DNA of 64,000 nt from the human T2T-CHM13v2.0 reference genome, Homo sapiens. The notes beneath the pieces were generated by a model that was not told where the DNA came from, did no database searches, and saw only the letters and a program-made list of their open reading frames with translations. The stretch lies in assembly GCF_009914755.1 (NCBI RefSeq), contig NC_060936.1. One strand, given 5' to 3'. The stretch's first letter is position 1, and each line of letters begins with the position of its first letter. This document shows, in pieces, positions 39,712 through 53,308 of this stretch. The position numbers and the translations under genes are program-made.

Positions 39712-40929
39712 TAGCACAAACCCTGGCAACTAGCAGTGTGTGGGCCCCTTAAGGTTCATGGTGAGATGTCTCAGTGGTCTGTTTAAAAGGCAAAGTGAGG
39801 GCCCAGTCTGCAAGGTAGGAACGATAACTCACAGTTCTTATCACTGGCGGCTAGCTTGGGCCATATGGGTGTGGTGTTCTATTTCTAATGCCAAAGCAGC
39901 ACCCTTTGCTGTGTTGTTCCCATTCCACACATCTCTTCTTTTCTGCCGGCATCACTTTTCAAATCAAAGAGCAAACTTTCAGCATTGAGGAATAATTCAG
40001 GGCACCAGTGACTAATATTGCAACTTATATTGCCGTAATACAATGAAATACATTTGTGTTAAGGAACATCTTTTTTGTTGCAGTTGACCAGTTTAGTGGC
40101 AATTAATGTTATTTTTAAATATAACTGTTTAAAGGCTTTGCAGTCAGGTGATTTTTCTTATAATTGCCGCTGTTTAATTTTATAAGAAAAATAAAAGTGA
40201 ATTATTTCTGACACATTTTTCATCCGTTTCTAAGTAAAGTAAATGAATTTTTTGCTTATTAGGAAAGCTTGGTTGCTCCTCTCTTGATTGAACAGATGTC
40301 TCTCACTAGGTCCATAATGAGAGGAAAAATATGAATTTTTTCTTTCCCAACTTTTCCTCCTTGTTCCCACTCGAGAGGTTCTGGGACTTGGGCCCTGGCT
40401 GTTGTTGGTGTTTTTAATATCAGGCCTTGCTGAAGTCGTCTCAGCATGGTCTTCCTGCAGAGCTGGGAGGATAAACCAGAGCTTTACGGAGTTTAACCTG
40501 CATGCCCACGAGCTGTGTTTAGCTTAAACTTGTTCTTTCCCATGGGACATGTGAGCTTGGTGCCAAGCCTCCTGCTCATCCACCTGGCTTCCTCCATAGC
40601 ACTATTACCATTCTTGCTGCTCAGGATTGCAGTGCAGCATTATTACTGGTGATTCTTGGAAAATGGCATGTTCCCAGAAAGCCGGTCATCTGGCCTACCT
40701 TTCCTGCTTTGTAACCGGTGCACATACCCTCAGTTTGGTAGCCATGCTCTCCCTTAGGAGAAGTCCGGTTTGGGCTATACCGAGGGCCAGTTAAGATGTT
40801 AGAGGCCCCAAGACCTGAAAATACTTTAATTCCTTCCATCCTTCAGCATAGATAATCTTGACAGCAACCACAACAGCAGTAGCAACAATACGTTTATTAT
40901 GAATAGCAAACATGTCTACTATATATCAA

Positions 40930-41165
40930 CTGGACACAGGTTTACTGTTAATAGCACCAGACACTATTTTAAGTGTAATGTATGGATGGACTCACCTAAT
41001 ACTACAACACTTTGAGTTGTTATATTATTATTCTGAGTTTATAGATGAGGAAATAAGACACAGAAAGGTTAAGTACATTGCCCAAGGTAACACAGCTGGT
41101 AAGTACGTGAGTCAGGGTTTGAACTTCAGGAGTAATGCCAGCACCTGTGGCCTTAGCCACTACTT
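40930..41165 (-). mobile_element. MIR SINE
   Basis: tttatagatgaggaaataagacacagaaaggttaagtacattgcccaaggtaacacagctggtaagt...tttgaacttcagg. Confidence 0.8.
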
Positions 41166-41299
41166 TGTTAATCAGTAACACTAAACAAAAATACTCAAAA
41201 CTTATTTGTATGCTGAAGCTGAATAGCATTTTTGTTGTTGTTGTTGTTGTTGTTTTCCAATGGCATATTTTGTAGAAGGGATTTGAAAAGGCTACTTTC

Positions 41300-41593
41300 T
41301 TTTTTTATTTTTTGAGACGGAGTCCCACTCTGTTGCCCGGGCTGGAGGGCAGTGGTGCGATGTCAGCTCACTGTAACCTCCGCCTCCTGGGTTCAAGCGA
41401 TTCTCCTGCCTCAGCCTCCTGAGTAGCTGGGATTACAGGGGCCCGCCACTATGTCTGGCTAATTTTTGTATTTTTAGTATAGACAAGGTTTTATCATGTT
41501 GGTCAGGCTGGTCTCGAACTCCTGACCTCGTGATCCAGCCACCTCGGCCTCCCAAAGTGCTGGGATTACAGGTGTGAGCCACTGTACCTGGCC
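41300..41593 (-). mobile_element. AluS (Sc/Sg-like)
   Basis: Full reverse Alu with cctgacctcgtgatcc; degenerate TSD tgaaaaggctactttc / tgaaagggatacttcc. Confidence 0.93.
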
Positions 41594-41840
41594 TTGAAAG
41601 GGATACTTCCTTACTTTTATTTGGTGACCCTGATTTGCTAGAACCCTAAAGACTGTTTATGGCTATTATATAGTTTAGTGCTGTGCTGCCCCATCCAGTT
41701 CTCGGCCCAACTTCCAGGCTCCTTAGAGGCCTGCCCTCCCCTTTGATCTTCACAAGGTCACAGTTGGTCTGCCCCATTTATCAAGAGGAGGAGGCATCTG
41801 CTATCTCACTGGGAGAAAGAAGGGGACAGCACCTCTCTAC

Positions 41841-41966
41841 AGTATTGAGCATAGCTTATATGCTAGGCTTTTCTAAGCACTGCAGACCCAAATATGAACA
41901 TGGCCTAACCTCTGTCCTGGAGAAACTTACTCCTTCTTAAGTGACAAAGTACCTTCTCAAAGGGCA
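41841..41966 (+). repeat. Copy A of a direct duplication of about 126 bp (partner 43211-43337)
   Basis: Manual alignment gives 10 substitutions and 1 gap (about 91% identity). Confidence 0.92.
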
Positions 41967-43210
41967 GTAATGCAGGTAGGAGACTGCTGTGTCCTCAGGC
42001 AGAAGGACCTAAGGACTGATTGCCCAGAAATGTAGGCCCCTCTCTCAGCTCCCAGTATGACTGTCGGCAAGCCATTTAACCTCCCTGTGTGAGAGATGAT
42101 GAAATAACACTTTGATCTTTGGAGAGAAAAAAGCTTTATAAAAATACCAAATAAGTCCACCCTTACTCGGCACCTCTTAAATTCATGTGGAGGGATAATG
42201 TGCCTCATAAAATTCCAGTGCGTCCTTAGTTACAAGGCCACGTTCCTAGACCTGGACTCCCAAGTTTTCAATCATAATATTGTGTCTAGTTTTGTGAAGT
42301 GCCTAAAGCAAAAATAACCCCTGAGATTTCTTATAGAGCCTTTTGTCTAAAGAGCTTAAGCATTCTAACAATATACATTCCATTTTTAAAAAATCATATA
42401 CATTATTTAAAATGTGCAGTTTGAAACCAAAATTGTGTCTAACTGTCTGCTGGAGCCCTGTTTTTGTTCTTTTAGACTGTTTTCTGTAGTGACTTGGGAT
42501 AAAGCTTCAATACTTCAGCCACCCTTCTTTTTTTTTTTTTTTTTTTAGCAGATTCAAAGCAGGATTCCTTATGTCACTCTCCCCTACCCCTGCACCCAGT
42601 TCTGTTTTCCTTGTGCGGAGCCCATAATCCAAAATTAGCACTTAGAAGCACCTGGCCCAAATCAAAATTTATATTCCTTCAGCACTCTGTAGTCAGGGAG
42701 AGGTTCATTATGTATTTTCAGGTGTGGAAGACTGAGATGACCAGGGAGAAATTTTTCCAGGAGTATTTGCATTTTTAAATTGCAAGTTCAGAAGAAGAAA
42801 TCCAAAATGATTGAATTTTATGCAAGAAAGAGGTAATCACTGTTCATACCTCTTTACTACCGTGTAGAGAATTGTGTCTGTGGGTGGGCACAGAAGCCAC
42901 CACAAGAGAGAAGGAAAGAGGGAGCAGACATTTCCCACACACGTTCTGTTTGTCTGGCATCATCCCACTCATCTCTATTAGGTGGACAGGATTGTCACCA
43001 TTTTACAGATGGCAATTCCAAGGTTCAAAGAAGTCAGGTAATTTCCCTAAGGTTACACAACTAGAAAATAGCAAAACCAAGTTCTGGTCCAAAGCCTTTA
43101 TGTGACACTGGAAATTAGGAAAACCATACTTGAGTTTCACTTGGATTCACTTCTATTTGGAACAACAGAGCCCCATCATCACCTGCTCTATTCAGTTGAG
43201 TTAAAAAAGC

Positions 43211-43337
43211 AGTTATTGAGCATATCTTATGTGCCAGGCTTTTTTAAGCACTGCAGACCGAAATACGAACATGGCCTAATCTCTGTCCTGAAGAAACTTA
43301 CTCCTTTTTAAGTGATAAAGTACCTTCTCAAAGGGCA
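43211..43337 (+). repeat. Copy B of the direct duplication (partner 41841-41966)
   Basis: See copy A; both ORF translations share KHCRPKYEHGL. Confidence 0.92.
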
Positions 43338-43464
43338 AAACTTATTCAAGTATGATAGGCTTAGGTATAAATACAATTTAATATAATAAGTAATAATACC
43401 TAACTTACGGGAACTAAGATTTTCAATGCATTCTCTTACTACATTGTTTAATAATGTAAGAGAT

Positions 43465-43766
<302 letters not shown>

Positions 43767-43821
43767 ATATAAGAGAGAAGAAATCTTACAATCTCCATTT
43801 TATAGATGAGAAAACACTATG

Positions 43822-44020
43822 TCTGTGCTGTCCAATATGGTGAGATGTGGTTATCTACATTTATTAATTAAAATTAAATAAAAGTACACATTTGGTTCTT
43901 CAGTAGCACTAGCCACATTTCAAGTGTTCAGTAGACACCTGTGTCAAGTGGCTATTATATTGCATGGTGCAGATACAGAACATTTTTATCATTGCAGACA
44001 GTCCGATTGCACAGTGCTGC
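43822..44020. mobile_element. MER3 hAT-Charlie element
   Basis: ctgtgctgtccaatatggt...gcactagccacatttcaagtg...gaacatttttatcattgcaga...ttgcacagtgctg. Confidence 0.8.
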
Positions 44021-44198
44021 TCTAAGTAATTTGCCTACACAAGAATATGAGAGATGAACTTAGGTCTGACTGTAGGGTATATGCTTTGGACTGTTGTGTT
44101 ATATTGCTTTCTTAATTACACTGAACTTGGAGAGGTGGAGAGAAAGTTAAATGTCTCTTATTTCTTCAAGAAATAAGAAACACTTCAGAAATGGTGGG

Positions 44199-44615
44199 TG
44201 TATTAGGTCATACTTGCATTGCTATAAAAAATACCCGAGACTGGGAAATTTGTAAAGAAAAGGGGTTTAATTGGCTCGCGGTTCTGCAGGCTGCACAGGA
44301 AGCATAGTGGCATCTGTTTCTGGGGGACCTCAGGAAGCTTCCAATCATGATGGAAGACAAAAAGAGAACACTTCACATGGCGAAGGGAGGAATGAGAGAG
44401 AGAGTTGGAGGGTGTGGGCCACACACTTTTAAACGACCAGATCTCGGGAGAACTCACTCACTATCCCGAGGACAGCACCAAGAGGATGGTGCTAAATCAT
44501 TAAAGAGAAATCCACCCCCGTGATCCAGTCACCTCCCACCAGGCCCCACCTTCAACATTGGGGTTTACATTTTAACGTGAGATTTTGGCTGGGTACAAAT
44601 ATCTAAGCTATATCA
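44199..44615 (-). mobile_element. MSTA-like (MaLR) solo LTR
   Basis: tgtattagg...gcattgctataaa...ggttctgcaggctgcacaggaagcat...cacctcccaccaggccccacc...tatatca; TSD-like gtggg/gtagg. Confidence 0.88.
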
Positions 44616-47600
44616 GTAGGGAGCTAGTGATATACCAACAGAATTTCCATTGCACTCTTTCTGTGGTCCCTCTAAGAACTGGAAATTGTTTCTTTTTATG
44701 CATCAGGAAAGTTTGTACTTGCTATTTGATTGCCTTTTCCTGGAACCAGATGGTGACTTTTGCTAGGAGTTATTCTAAGATTATGCCTTATTTACTTTTA
44801 AGCCACATTTCCTAATATAGCACCTGGTACAAATAGGCACACAATGAACTAAATTTTAAGAAAGACAACTATAATATCTGCCAGTCTTAAAAGAATTGTA
44901 GTAAAGAAGAGAAACATCAGTGCACATCCTTATGATTCCTAAGGGGAAAAAGCAAAGAAGATTTTCCCCAATGCAACATCCAGGTTCCTGGCTTTATTAA
45001 AAAAAAAAAAAAAAAAAAGGTGACTTTTTGTAGCTATACTGTGATAGGGATATAAGAAGGAGTGATCATAAGAATTGCCTAAAATCTTATCTGGGTCAGA
45101 TTTTACAGTATGCTATTTTAAATCTAAACTAAAGAAACTCTGTATATGGCTCCAAAACAAGCCCTGAGAAAAAGTTGCCTCACTACCAAGTTAATTCCCC
45201 TTATCATCTTATGCAGTGAAAGCAAACTAAGTCACCTGTCTGCAACGCATCCCAGTGTGTTATCCCACATTACTTGCATTTACCCATCAACTGTTGTGTG
45301 AAAGCTGAAAAACGCACCCTATTTTGGCTCCCAGCTCATCCTCCTGCTTCCTTTTATTAATGCAAAGTCTTCACCTCTGCCACTCATCTCCCTTTCCTTC
45401 TCTTCGTGATTTAGCTAAAGTGTTGGCTTCTGTGTCATTTAGAGCAAACAAAACCTAAAGAAATATGTTTTAAAAGACAGATGTGCAGATTTTGGATGGG
45501 AAGCAAATGTTGGATGCTCAGTCAATTCCTCGTAAAGGCTTTAATTTACAACAAAAATAAAAAGGAGTTGTTCAACGCGTAGTGTGAAGAGTCAGCTTTG
45601 AAAACTGATAAGAGGAGAAAAATGCCAGACTCATTTTGAATTTGAACTTAACAACCAGAACCCTTATTTCTTCATAGCAAAATGATGGCTACTTTCTTGG
45701 ACTGAGTTAAGAATTTCCCAGAGACATTTCGCCGAGGCTCCTTTGTGGACCTGTTTCTGCAGGCTTTAGAATCCCCCTAGCAGGGCTTATCAGAGAAGAT
45801 TCCAATTTAGAGCAGCAAAAGTTTAGTGTCTGATATCAGCTCTTGCTTTTTTTTTTTTTTTAAATAAAAAGGAGACATGATGTTTTACAGTGTTAACAGC
45901 TTTGAAAGGTCTTGTATTTCCAGTGAACAGAGCACATTTGTGAAAAGGACTCTAAAAAGCATTATTCAGGCAAAAATGTATCAAAGGGATGGGAGTTAAA
46001 AAGAAAAAAGTTTGCTGATGTAGAGATTGGAGGCAGCATGTACTGACAGGTGCAATTATGGCCAAATAATTGAATCTTTTTGGAGAGATCTGGTGAGATA
46101 AGGCAATAGTTGTGAACTCACATCGGGAACCTGTTCATAATTAGATACTCAGGGGTTCGGCTGTGGATGATACAACCAAAGTAGGGATCTCAAACTACTT
46201 TACATGCAGGACACAGCGCAGTGGCATTTGCACTTTGTAAAATAGAGTTTAATAGCATAATTTCAGCCCAACAGACCTTAATTGGCACAGAGGTTAGAGA
46301 GAAGGCTTTGCAGTTTGCATTCTCCCTCAGACTCCCCATAGCCTGGAACCCCTCTCTGCCCCAAAGAGTGGAGGTGACTTCAGCTTCTAAGTCCTCTGCA
46401 GAGAATCTAAAAAAATGTAAACTTTTCAAAGTTAATGAATTGCTTTTATTAGTAATGTTAAAAATCTTTGCTCTTTGTTTGAAGAGTTTCCAGGCACTTC
46501 AATTTCCTTTGTCTACATGTACCTGAGCCAAACACAGTGGGATAGAGAACAATATGGTGTTTATTTCTGAGAAAGTTTCACCAAAGACATAAAATATAAT
46601 AACCTTGTTCCTGGTCTTGAAATACAGGTGCTTAAAGCCTTGGCCCCATGACATGCTATGTCCACACTTTGTTCAGGAATCTGAAGGGAAGTTCTTTCTC
46701 AGGGTCTCTGCGTGGAAATGGAGCTGAGAAGTGGGCACAAGTTAGCAAAATACAGCATGGTCATTTCTACTTATAACAGAGCAAAGAGTATCTCTGAGGT
46801 TCCATTAATAATTCTGCTAGACAACTCGCTTCAGGCTTTCATTCTTAATGAAACAATATAACTTACTCTGCTGTATTGTATGATTTTTTTCTTCCAAATT
46901 TATAATTTCTTTTATCCTCTTCTATGTGTAGTTAGATTACTTTGTCATTGCAATGGTATTAAAGGTTCTTAAGTTGGCTAGTGAGTTACAGGTTTCTGAT
47001 AATGACGTCTTAACACTCAGGTGATAGCTCCTTTTTCTATCATGGAGAACTGACTCCTGAATGTCTTTGGATCTCTAGTATTTTCCTAACTGCTAACTTT
47101 TCACCTTACGTTCTACCAGTAAGCTTTCGGACTCCATTAGTGTCTAAGTAGACAGAAGACTGTCTTTTGGATTGGCTTTCTTCAAGTATTTAACAAGTTC
47201 AAAGGTAAATTCTGTACTGCACCAAGCATCTACCACCACTGTAGCTTTGACCTACCCTATTCTCTTCTTACATTATGAAGCATTTAGCACAGTGCCTGGC
47301 TCATAGTAAGCATTCACTGTAATTGTTACTTTAGTTTCCGCTCACCTTGTTTATGTCAATGAGAGAATACTCATCATCTTCAGTATTTTCTTGGAGTTTG
47401 ACATAGTGACTAATTTAAAATTATTGTTGCCACATCTTCTGCCTGGATCAGTGGGAGATCTTTAGCATTTACATCATGAGCCACAATGGAGGTTTTCAGA
47501 TTTTTCCATGGTAGGTTACTTGATCTTAATTCCAATATTGGTGCAGGCGGCATGACCTTTTAAAAAAATTGATCGCAAGAATGAGTCCATAGGGTCCACT

Positions 47601-47819
47601 CCCGGCTTAGAACTACTGGACTTGTAACTGAATCAAATGCACATGGAGAATGAATTAGTTACCCATCTACCTCTCAGTCACCACCTTTAATTATTCTTCA
47701 GTATCATGGTGTAATTTTAGTGGAATTAAACTTGAACAGCTCTAAATTACATAATCACATTCAGTTGTAGTTTTAAGTACTAGTTGCTTGAAGCTTGCTA
47801 GGAGAGCTCCTAGAGTCAT

Positions 47820-47993
47820 CAGTTATCACAGTGAATCTCAGCCCTGGCTGTGTCTTATTATCACCTGGTGAGAGTTTAAAAAAAATGCTCAGGTTTACCT
47901 CAGGGAGCCTGATTGAATTAGTCTAAGGCAGGGCTTAGCCATTCGGTATTTTTAAAATGCTCCTCAAGTGATTTGGAAAGTTGAGAAGCACTG
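47820..47993. mobile_element. MER5-family element
   Basis: atcacctggtgagagtttaaaaaaaatgct...tatttttaaaatgctcctcaagtgatt...gttgagaagcactg. Confidence 0.6.
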
Positions 47994-48182
47994 GGTTGGA
48001 GGAAAAGAGACTTAGGAAATACTGACTACATTTTTACTTGTGCTAGCTAGCTTGGCTAAACTCTCTTCCTACGGCCTAAGCTATGTACGCCCCAGCCCCT
48101 TTCTTGCTTACACCATACCTGCAAATTGAAACAACAGAGAGCAGAAAGAGTGTAGCTTTGGAGTTCAAAAAATTTGATTTCA

Positions 48183-48509
<327 letters not shown>

Positions 48510-49767
48510 GTCTCTGTCTTTGCCAAAAGTGTGGTAGCCTAGGAAAAGATTCTTAGATTTACTAAATTTTAGCTTCCTCATTTGTTAAATTGGAATAATA
48601 AAGCTTCTCTTATTTATATTTATTATTCCTTTATAAAACACGTAAGGAAAGATTCAGTTACCAATGTGACATGAAAACATTTAGCACAGTACCTAGTACA
48701 TAGTAGGAGCTCAGTATATTCTCTCTCTCTTCTTTATTTTTCATTTCTTCATATGTAAAATGAAGGGCTTGGATTACATTTAAATGCCCCTATACCCTAA
48801 AATCCAGTGAATCTGCTTCTTTGCCATAAGCAATGTGATTGAAGAATAACCACCTCGTATGCCTTTTGTTTTAAAAAACAAATTCAGTTCAGTTCATGTA
48901 CCAAAAAAGAAGTTATTGACACAGTTGACAAGGGATGAATTTGGAGTTTGTTTCAGTATCCTGTCCACTATTCTCAAGTGGCTGCCCTTTCAACCTTCTC
49001 TCTATGAAGTAACTGGCCAAGATTGGGGATACGGTTTGAGTTGTGGGAATAAGATTTTTTGATTGAGTGATTGAGTGATGCTATCTGTTTTATGTGGGCA
49101 TCAATCTTGGCCCTTGACCATCATTCATTTGCTTCAACTGTGTGACCATCCAACATACTTTTTAATTGTAATAATGGTAGCACCTGGTATTTGTATTCTA
49201 GCAGCTATTTGAAGTGATAGATTTCAGAGGAGTACAAGTGAAATCAAAACTATCTTTTAATTACTACCTAGGTAATTGGTGTTTTTTTCAGTCAATAATT
49301 TAAAATGTTCCTGCATCTCAATCCATTCCCAGACAACCATAGGGGAATTCAATCCATTACAGCTTGGTATCACGGAACAGTTCATTATTCATGGCAATGA
49401 CTCAGGAAGGCATCTGCCTTGTATTGTCGTGAAAGATACCTGTCTTTTGCTCACTTTTCTGGCTCCAAATGAAAGCTCAGGCAAATGAGAGAGGTTCCAG
49501 GCTTCTATTATTACCTAGTTCAGGCTAACCAAAGCAGAGAACTGGGAGATTTTCTAATGTGTTATCACAAGAGAGTTGCTTATATTAGAGCCATAAATCA
49601 TCTACTGGAAAAGCAACTTTGATGATGATGACAATAGAATCCTCTGCCATTACCCATTGCCTGGCAGAGTGTAACAGAGTTGCAGTGCACCTTAAGGGTT
49701 AACAGCAAGAGTTGAAAAACATGACAAATTGGATTCCAATTTTGTCTTCCTCACTATCTATAGCAAG

Positions 49768-49978
49768 AAACAGCAATTTTTTTCTGTAAAGGGCCAGCTA
49801 GTTAATTATTTTAGCCCTATGATCTCAGTCACAACTACTCAACTCTGCAGTGTGATCAAAAGCAGCCACAGATAATACACAAATGAATGGGCATGGCTAT
49901 ATTCCAATAAAACTTTATTTACAAAAACAGGCAATGGACCAGATTTGGACCATGGCTGTTGTTTGCCTATCCCTGATC
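49768..49978. mobile_element. MER58A-like element
   Basis: cagcaattttttctgtaaagggccag...ccaataaaactttatttacaaaaacagg...gtttgcctatccctg. Confidence 0.8.
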
Positions 49979-50287
49979 TACAGGATCCTGTGCTAACAAG
50001 TTACTTTAATTCTCTAAAGGTTGTTTTGAGAATAAAAGATATAAAGCATACAATAAAACACTTACCATGTACTTGGTATATAGTAAGAGCTTGAAAATAG
50101 TAGTTGCTTTTATGTTATTAAAACATGGTATATCATATGTTTTAAGTGCTGTTGATTATGAGATGCAGTGGGATTTCAGACATATTAAAATGATTAAGAA
50201 GTCCCAGCATTGATGAACTGTAGTAACTAATTAATTACAGTGACAAGGTCTTATTTAGGTTTTTAAGTCTTGTTCTACCAGTGGTAA

Positions 50288-50479
<192 letters not shown>

Positions 50480-50667
50480 TAAAACCAGTTCTATTTATGT
50501 CCATTTGTAAGGTAAAGAAAGCTTCAGGATTATTGACTATGAGTTATAGGTAAATGTTCTGGAGAAAACATGGTGAATTTACCTTTTCCTATGTTGTATT
50601 CTTTTGAAGCACAATGAGTTATCAGCTTATTGACCACCAAAACATTTGTATTTTATCATTCTTGTTC

Positions 50668-50885
50668 GGGGGTCAGCTAGAGATAAAGGGCTAGATAGTA
50701 AACATATTAGGTTTGTGGGTCGTAAGGACTCTGTCAGAATTACTCAGCTTAGCCACTGTGGTATGAAAGCAGCCACAGACAACAAATAAGTAAATAAATG
50801 AGTGTGACTGTGTCCCAATAAAACTTTATTTATAAAAGCTGGTGGTGGGCAGATTTAGCCTGTGTGCTGTGGTTTGCTGACTCTC
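50668..50885. mobile_element. MER58A-like element
   Basis: ggggtcagc...taaagggctagatagtaaacat...aaagcagccacagacaa...ccaataaaactttattta...gtttgctgactc. Confidence 0.78.
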
Positions 50886-51844
50886 ACAGAAATATTAGTA
50901 ATAGTAAAAGGTATACATATATGATAAAGTAGGGGTTGCACCTGAAACTCTCTCGGATTATTCTAGGTGGTTGTAGTCAGACATAATTTGAGTCAACAAG
51001 CAATAAGACACTGAGGCTCAACAATTATTCTAAGTACAAAACCAGGAAAAGATTTAATGGATGTTATAGTATCTTCCTAAAACTGAAGTTCTTCTGAAAA
51101 CAAGCAATATGAGAGAAAAGGTTTAATGTTGGCTGCTACCTTTAAGATGCTGAAGGGCCAGATCTAGCATGCTCATATGCTGTACCCTAGCTCCATTTCT
51201 AAGGGCCCAGGAAGAGAAAAAGCAGTTTTAGCCAACCCATTACCTACAGGGACCAGTCAGTTAGCCTAGTGAGCAAAACCACCAAGGGATGAAAAATGCG
51301 ATCTTAAATTGTATGTACTCAGCACAGGTACACCACAGTGGCATATTTGATATGCAGGAATATTCTTCATTTCCACCCAGAAATAAGTTTTCTCCTAGAT
51401 TTCTTAAAAACACACAGATCTTTCAGTACATCTTTTGTTTCCTACTTTTGATAAAAATATAGGAACTGGGAGATATTTCTCAACTAAAAGATAAATAGCA
51501 ATGCAGAAGCCATCTAAATGGCAAGGACCTCTGGGGTCAGTATGGAGATGAATAGGCTCTGGTGGGGGCTGTGGTGGACAAGGACAGCATGTCTCTTGTA
51601 TAGCAGGTTCTCAGCTTTTACTGCTTGTTGCCAGAGATGGGATGCAGGACTTTGTGTTGCTAGAGATCTCCTAAATTTTTTAGAGAGACTGGCAATCTAG
51701 ATTTCTCAATGAAATTTAATGATTTTTAAATGTTGGCTTATTAAAAAAAGTCCCACCATTATAGCTGAAGAAAATATATTTGTAGACTGAATCTAGATCT
51801 TGGCTTCCAATTTGTAACTTCTGGTATAAGGATTGTGTCTCATT

Positions 51845-52341
51845 TGTATTGGCTATCCATCACGATATAATAAATTATCTCAAAGCTTAGTGGCTTAAAA
51901 CAACAAACATCTATTATATCATAATTTCTATGGCTGGAAATTTGAAAGCAGCTTAGCTGAGTGGTTCTGGCTCAGGGACTCTCAGGACGTTGTAGTCAAG
52001 ATGCTGGCTGGGCCTGTAATTGTCTGAAGGTTTGGGAATTGGCTTCCAAAATGGCTCACTTATGTGGCTATTGGCAGGAGGCCTCGGTTCCTCACCGTGT
52101 GGGCCTCTCCTTAAGCTACTTATGACATAGCCACTGGCTTTCTCCACAAGTGATGACAGAGAGTGAGAGCAAGGAGAAAGCTGTGATGTCTTTTGTGGCT
52201 TGATCAGATGCTGTTCACATTGGCCATATTCCGTTCATTAGAAGGGACTCATTTCAGCCCACGCTCAACTGGAGTGGAATTAGTTTTCACCATTTAGAAA
52301 AAGGATTGTCAAAGTATTTGTGGATATATTTTAAAACCACC
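51845..52341 (-). mobile_element. MLT1-family MaLR LTR
   Basis: cttagtggcttaaaacaacaaacat...gcagcttagctgagtggttctggctcaggg...ttccaaaatggctcact...atattttaaaaccacca. Confidence 0.78.
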
Positions 52342-52939
52342 ATATCATAAGTTGTTTAGTTCTGAAACCTTGGTTCTGGTTTTAAATGCCTTGTTTTGGA
52401 ACCTTTTCTGTGCATTTCAAACTTGCCTTGAAATTTTCTGGTTTCAGTCTTTGACTCCCTTCTGCCTATACCCTTGATCACGGAGCAAGATATATCGCTC
52501 ACTTGTCTGACCTTGAATAGCCATAAACTGATACTTAATGGCCAGGCTGTGTGGAGCTGATGTGTGTGTGTGTGTGCATGTGTGCATGTGAACATGGGCA
52601 TCTAAATAGAGGAGAAGAAGAAATAAGGCAGGAGTTTATGGATGTAAATGGAGGTGGATCCTCCTTGTGAGTGCAGTTAGTCCTTTTTCTAAAACAGTGA
52701 CATGAATACCATTTTATTGTCCTTTTTCAGTCCATCAAATTATGATTAATTAATTCCATCATTCAAATTACATTTATAAGGAATGTGACAATGTTCTCCT
52801 CACTTTTTGGAAATTTATAGCTTATATCGACAAAACAGATTTTTTAAGAGGATAGTTTGTACTGAATCTTTAAAGATGAGAAAAGATAGTCAAGTGGAGA
52901 AGAGTGAAAGAGGGAATAGAGGAATAGTTTTAGTCAGAA

Positions 52940-53308
52940 TAATTTCTCTGGTTTGGCAGGGCTGTGTTCCTTTATGGGGGCTCTGGGGTATGAGCCGTTT
53001 TGTTGCTTTTTCCACCTTCTTGAGGCCGTCTGCATTCCTTGGCTCATGGCTTTCTTCATTCCTCTTTAAAGCCAGCAACACTGCATCTCTTTGATCTTGT
53101 TTCTGTCATCACATCTCTCTCTCTCACTGACCAAGACTGGGAAAAGTCCTGTGCTTCTAACGGCTTCTATGATTAGATTGGGCCCACCTGGATAATTTAT
53201 GATAATCTTCCCGTCTCACTATGTATGGCCATCATCAACATCTGCAAAGGTAACATATTCACAGGTTCTGGGGATTAGGCCATCAAAATCTTTATGGGAT
53301 CATTATTC
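52940..53308 (-). mobile_element. MLT1C/D-like MaLR LTR, partial
   Basis: ggcagggctgtgttcct...tgcattccttggctcatgg...gattagattgggcccacctggataat...taacatattcacaggttctggggattagg. Confidence 0.75.

Noticed and set aside
39479-39752. ER/RE-rich ORFs
   Set aside because: Produced by the (GA)n microsatellite.
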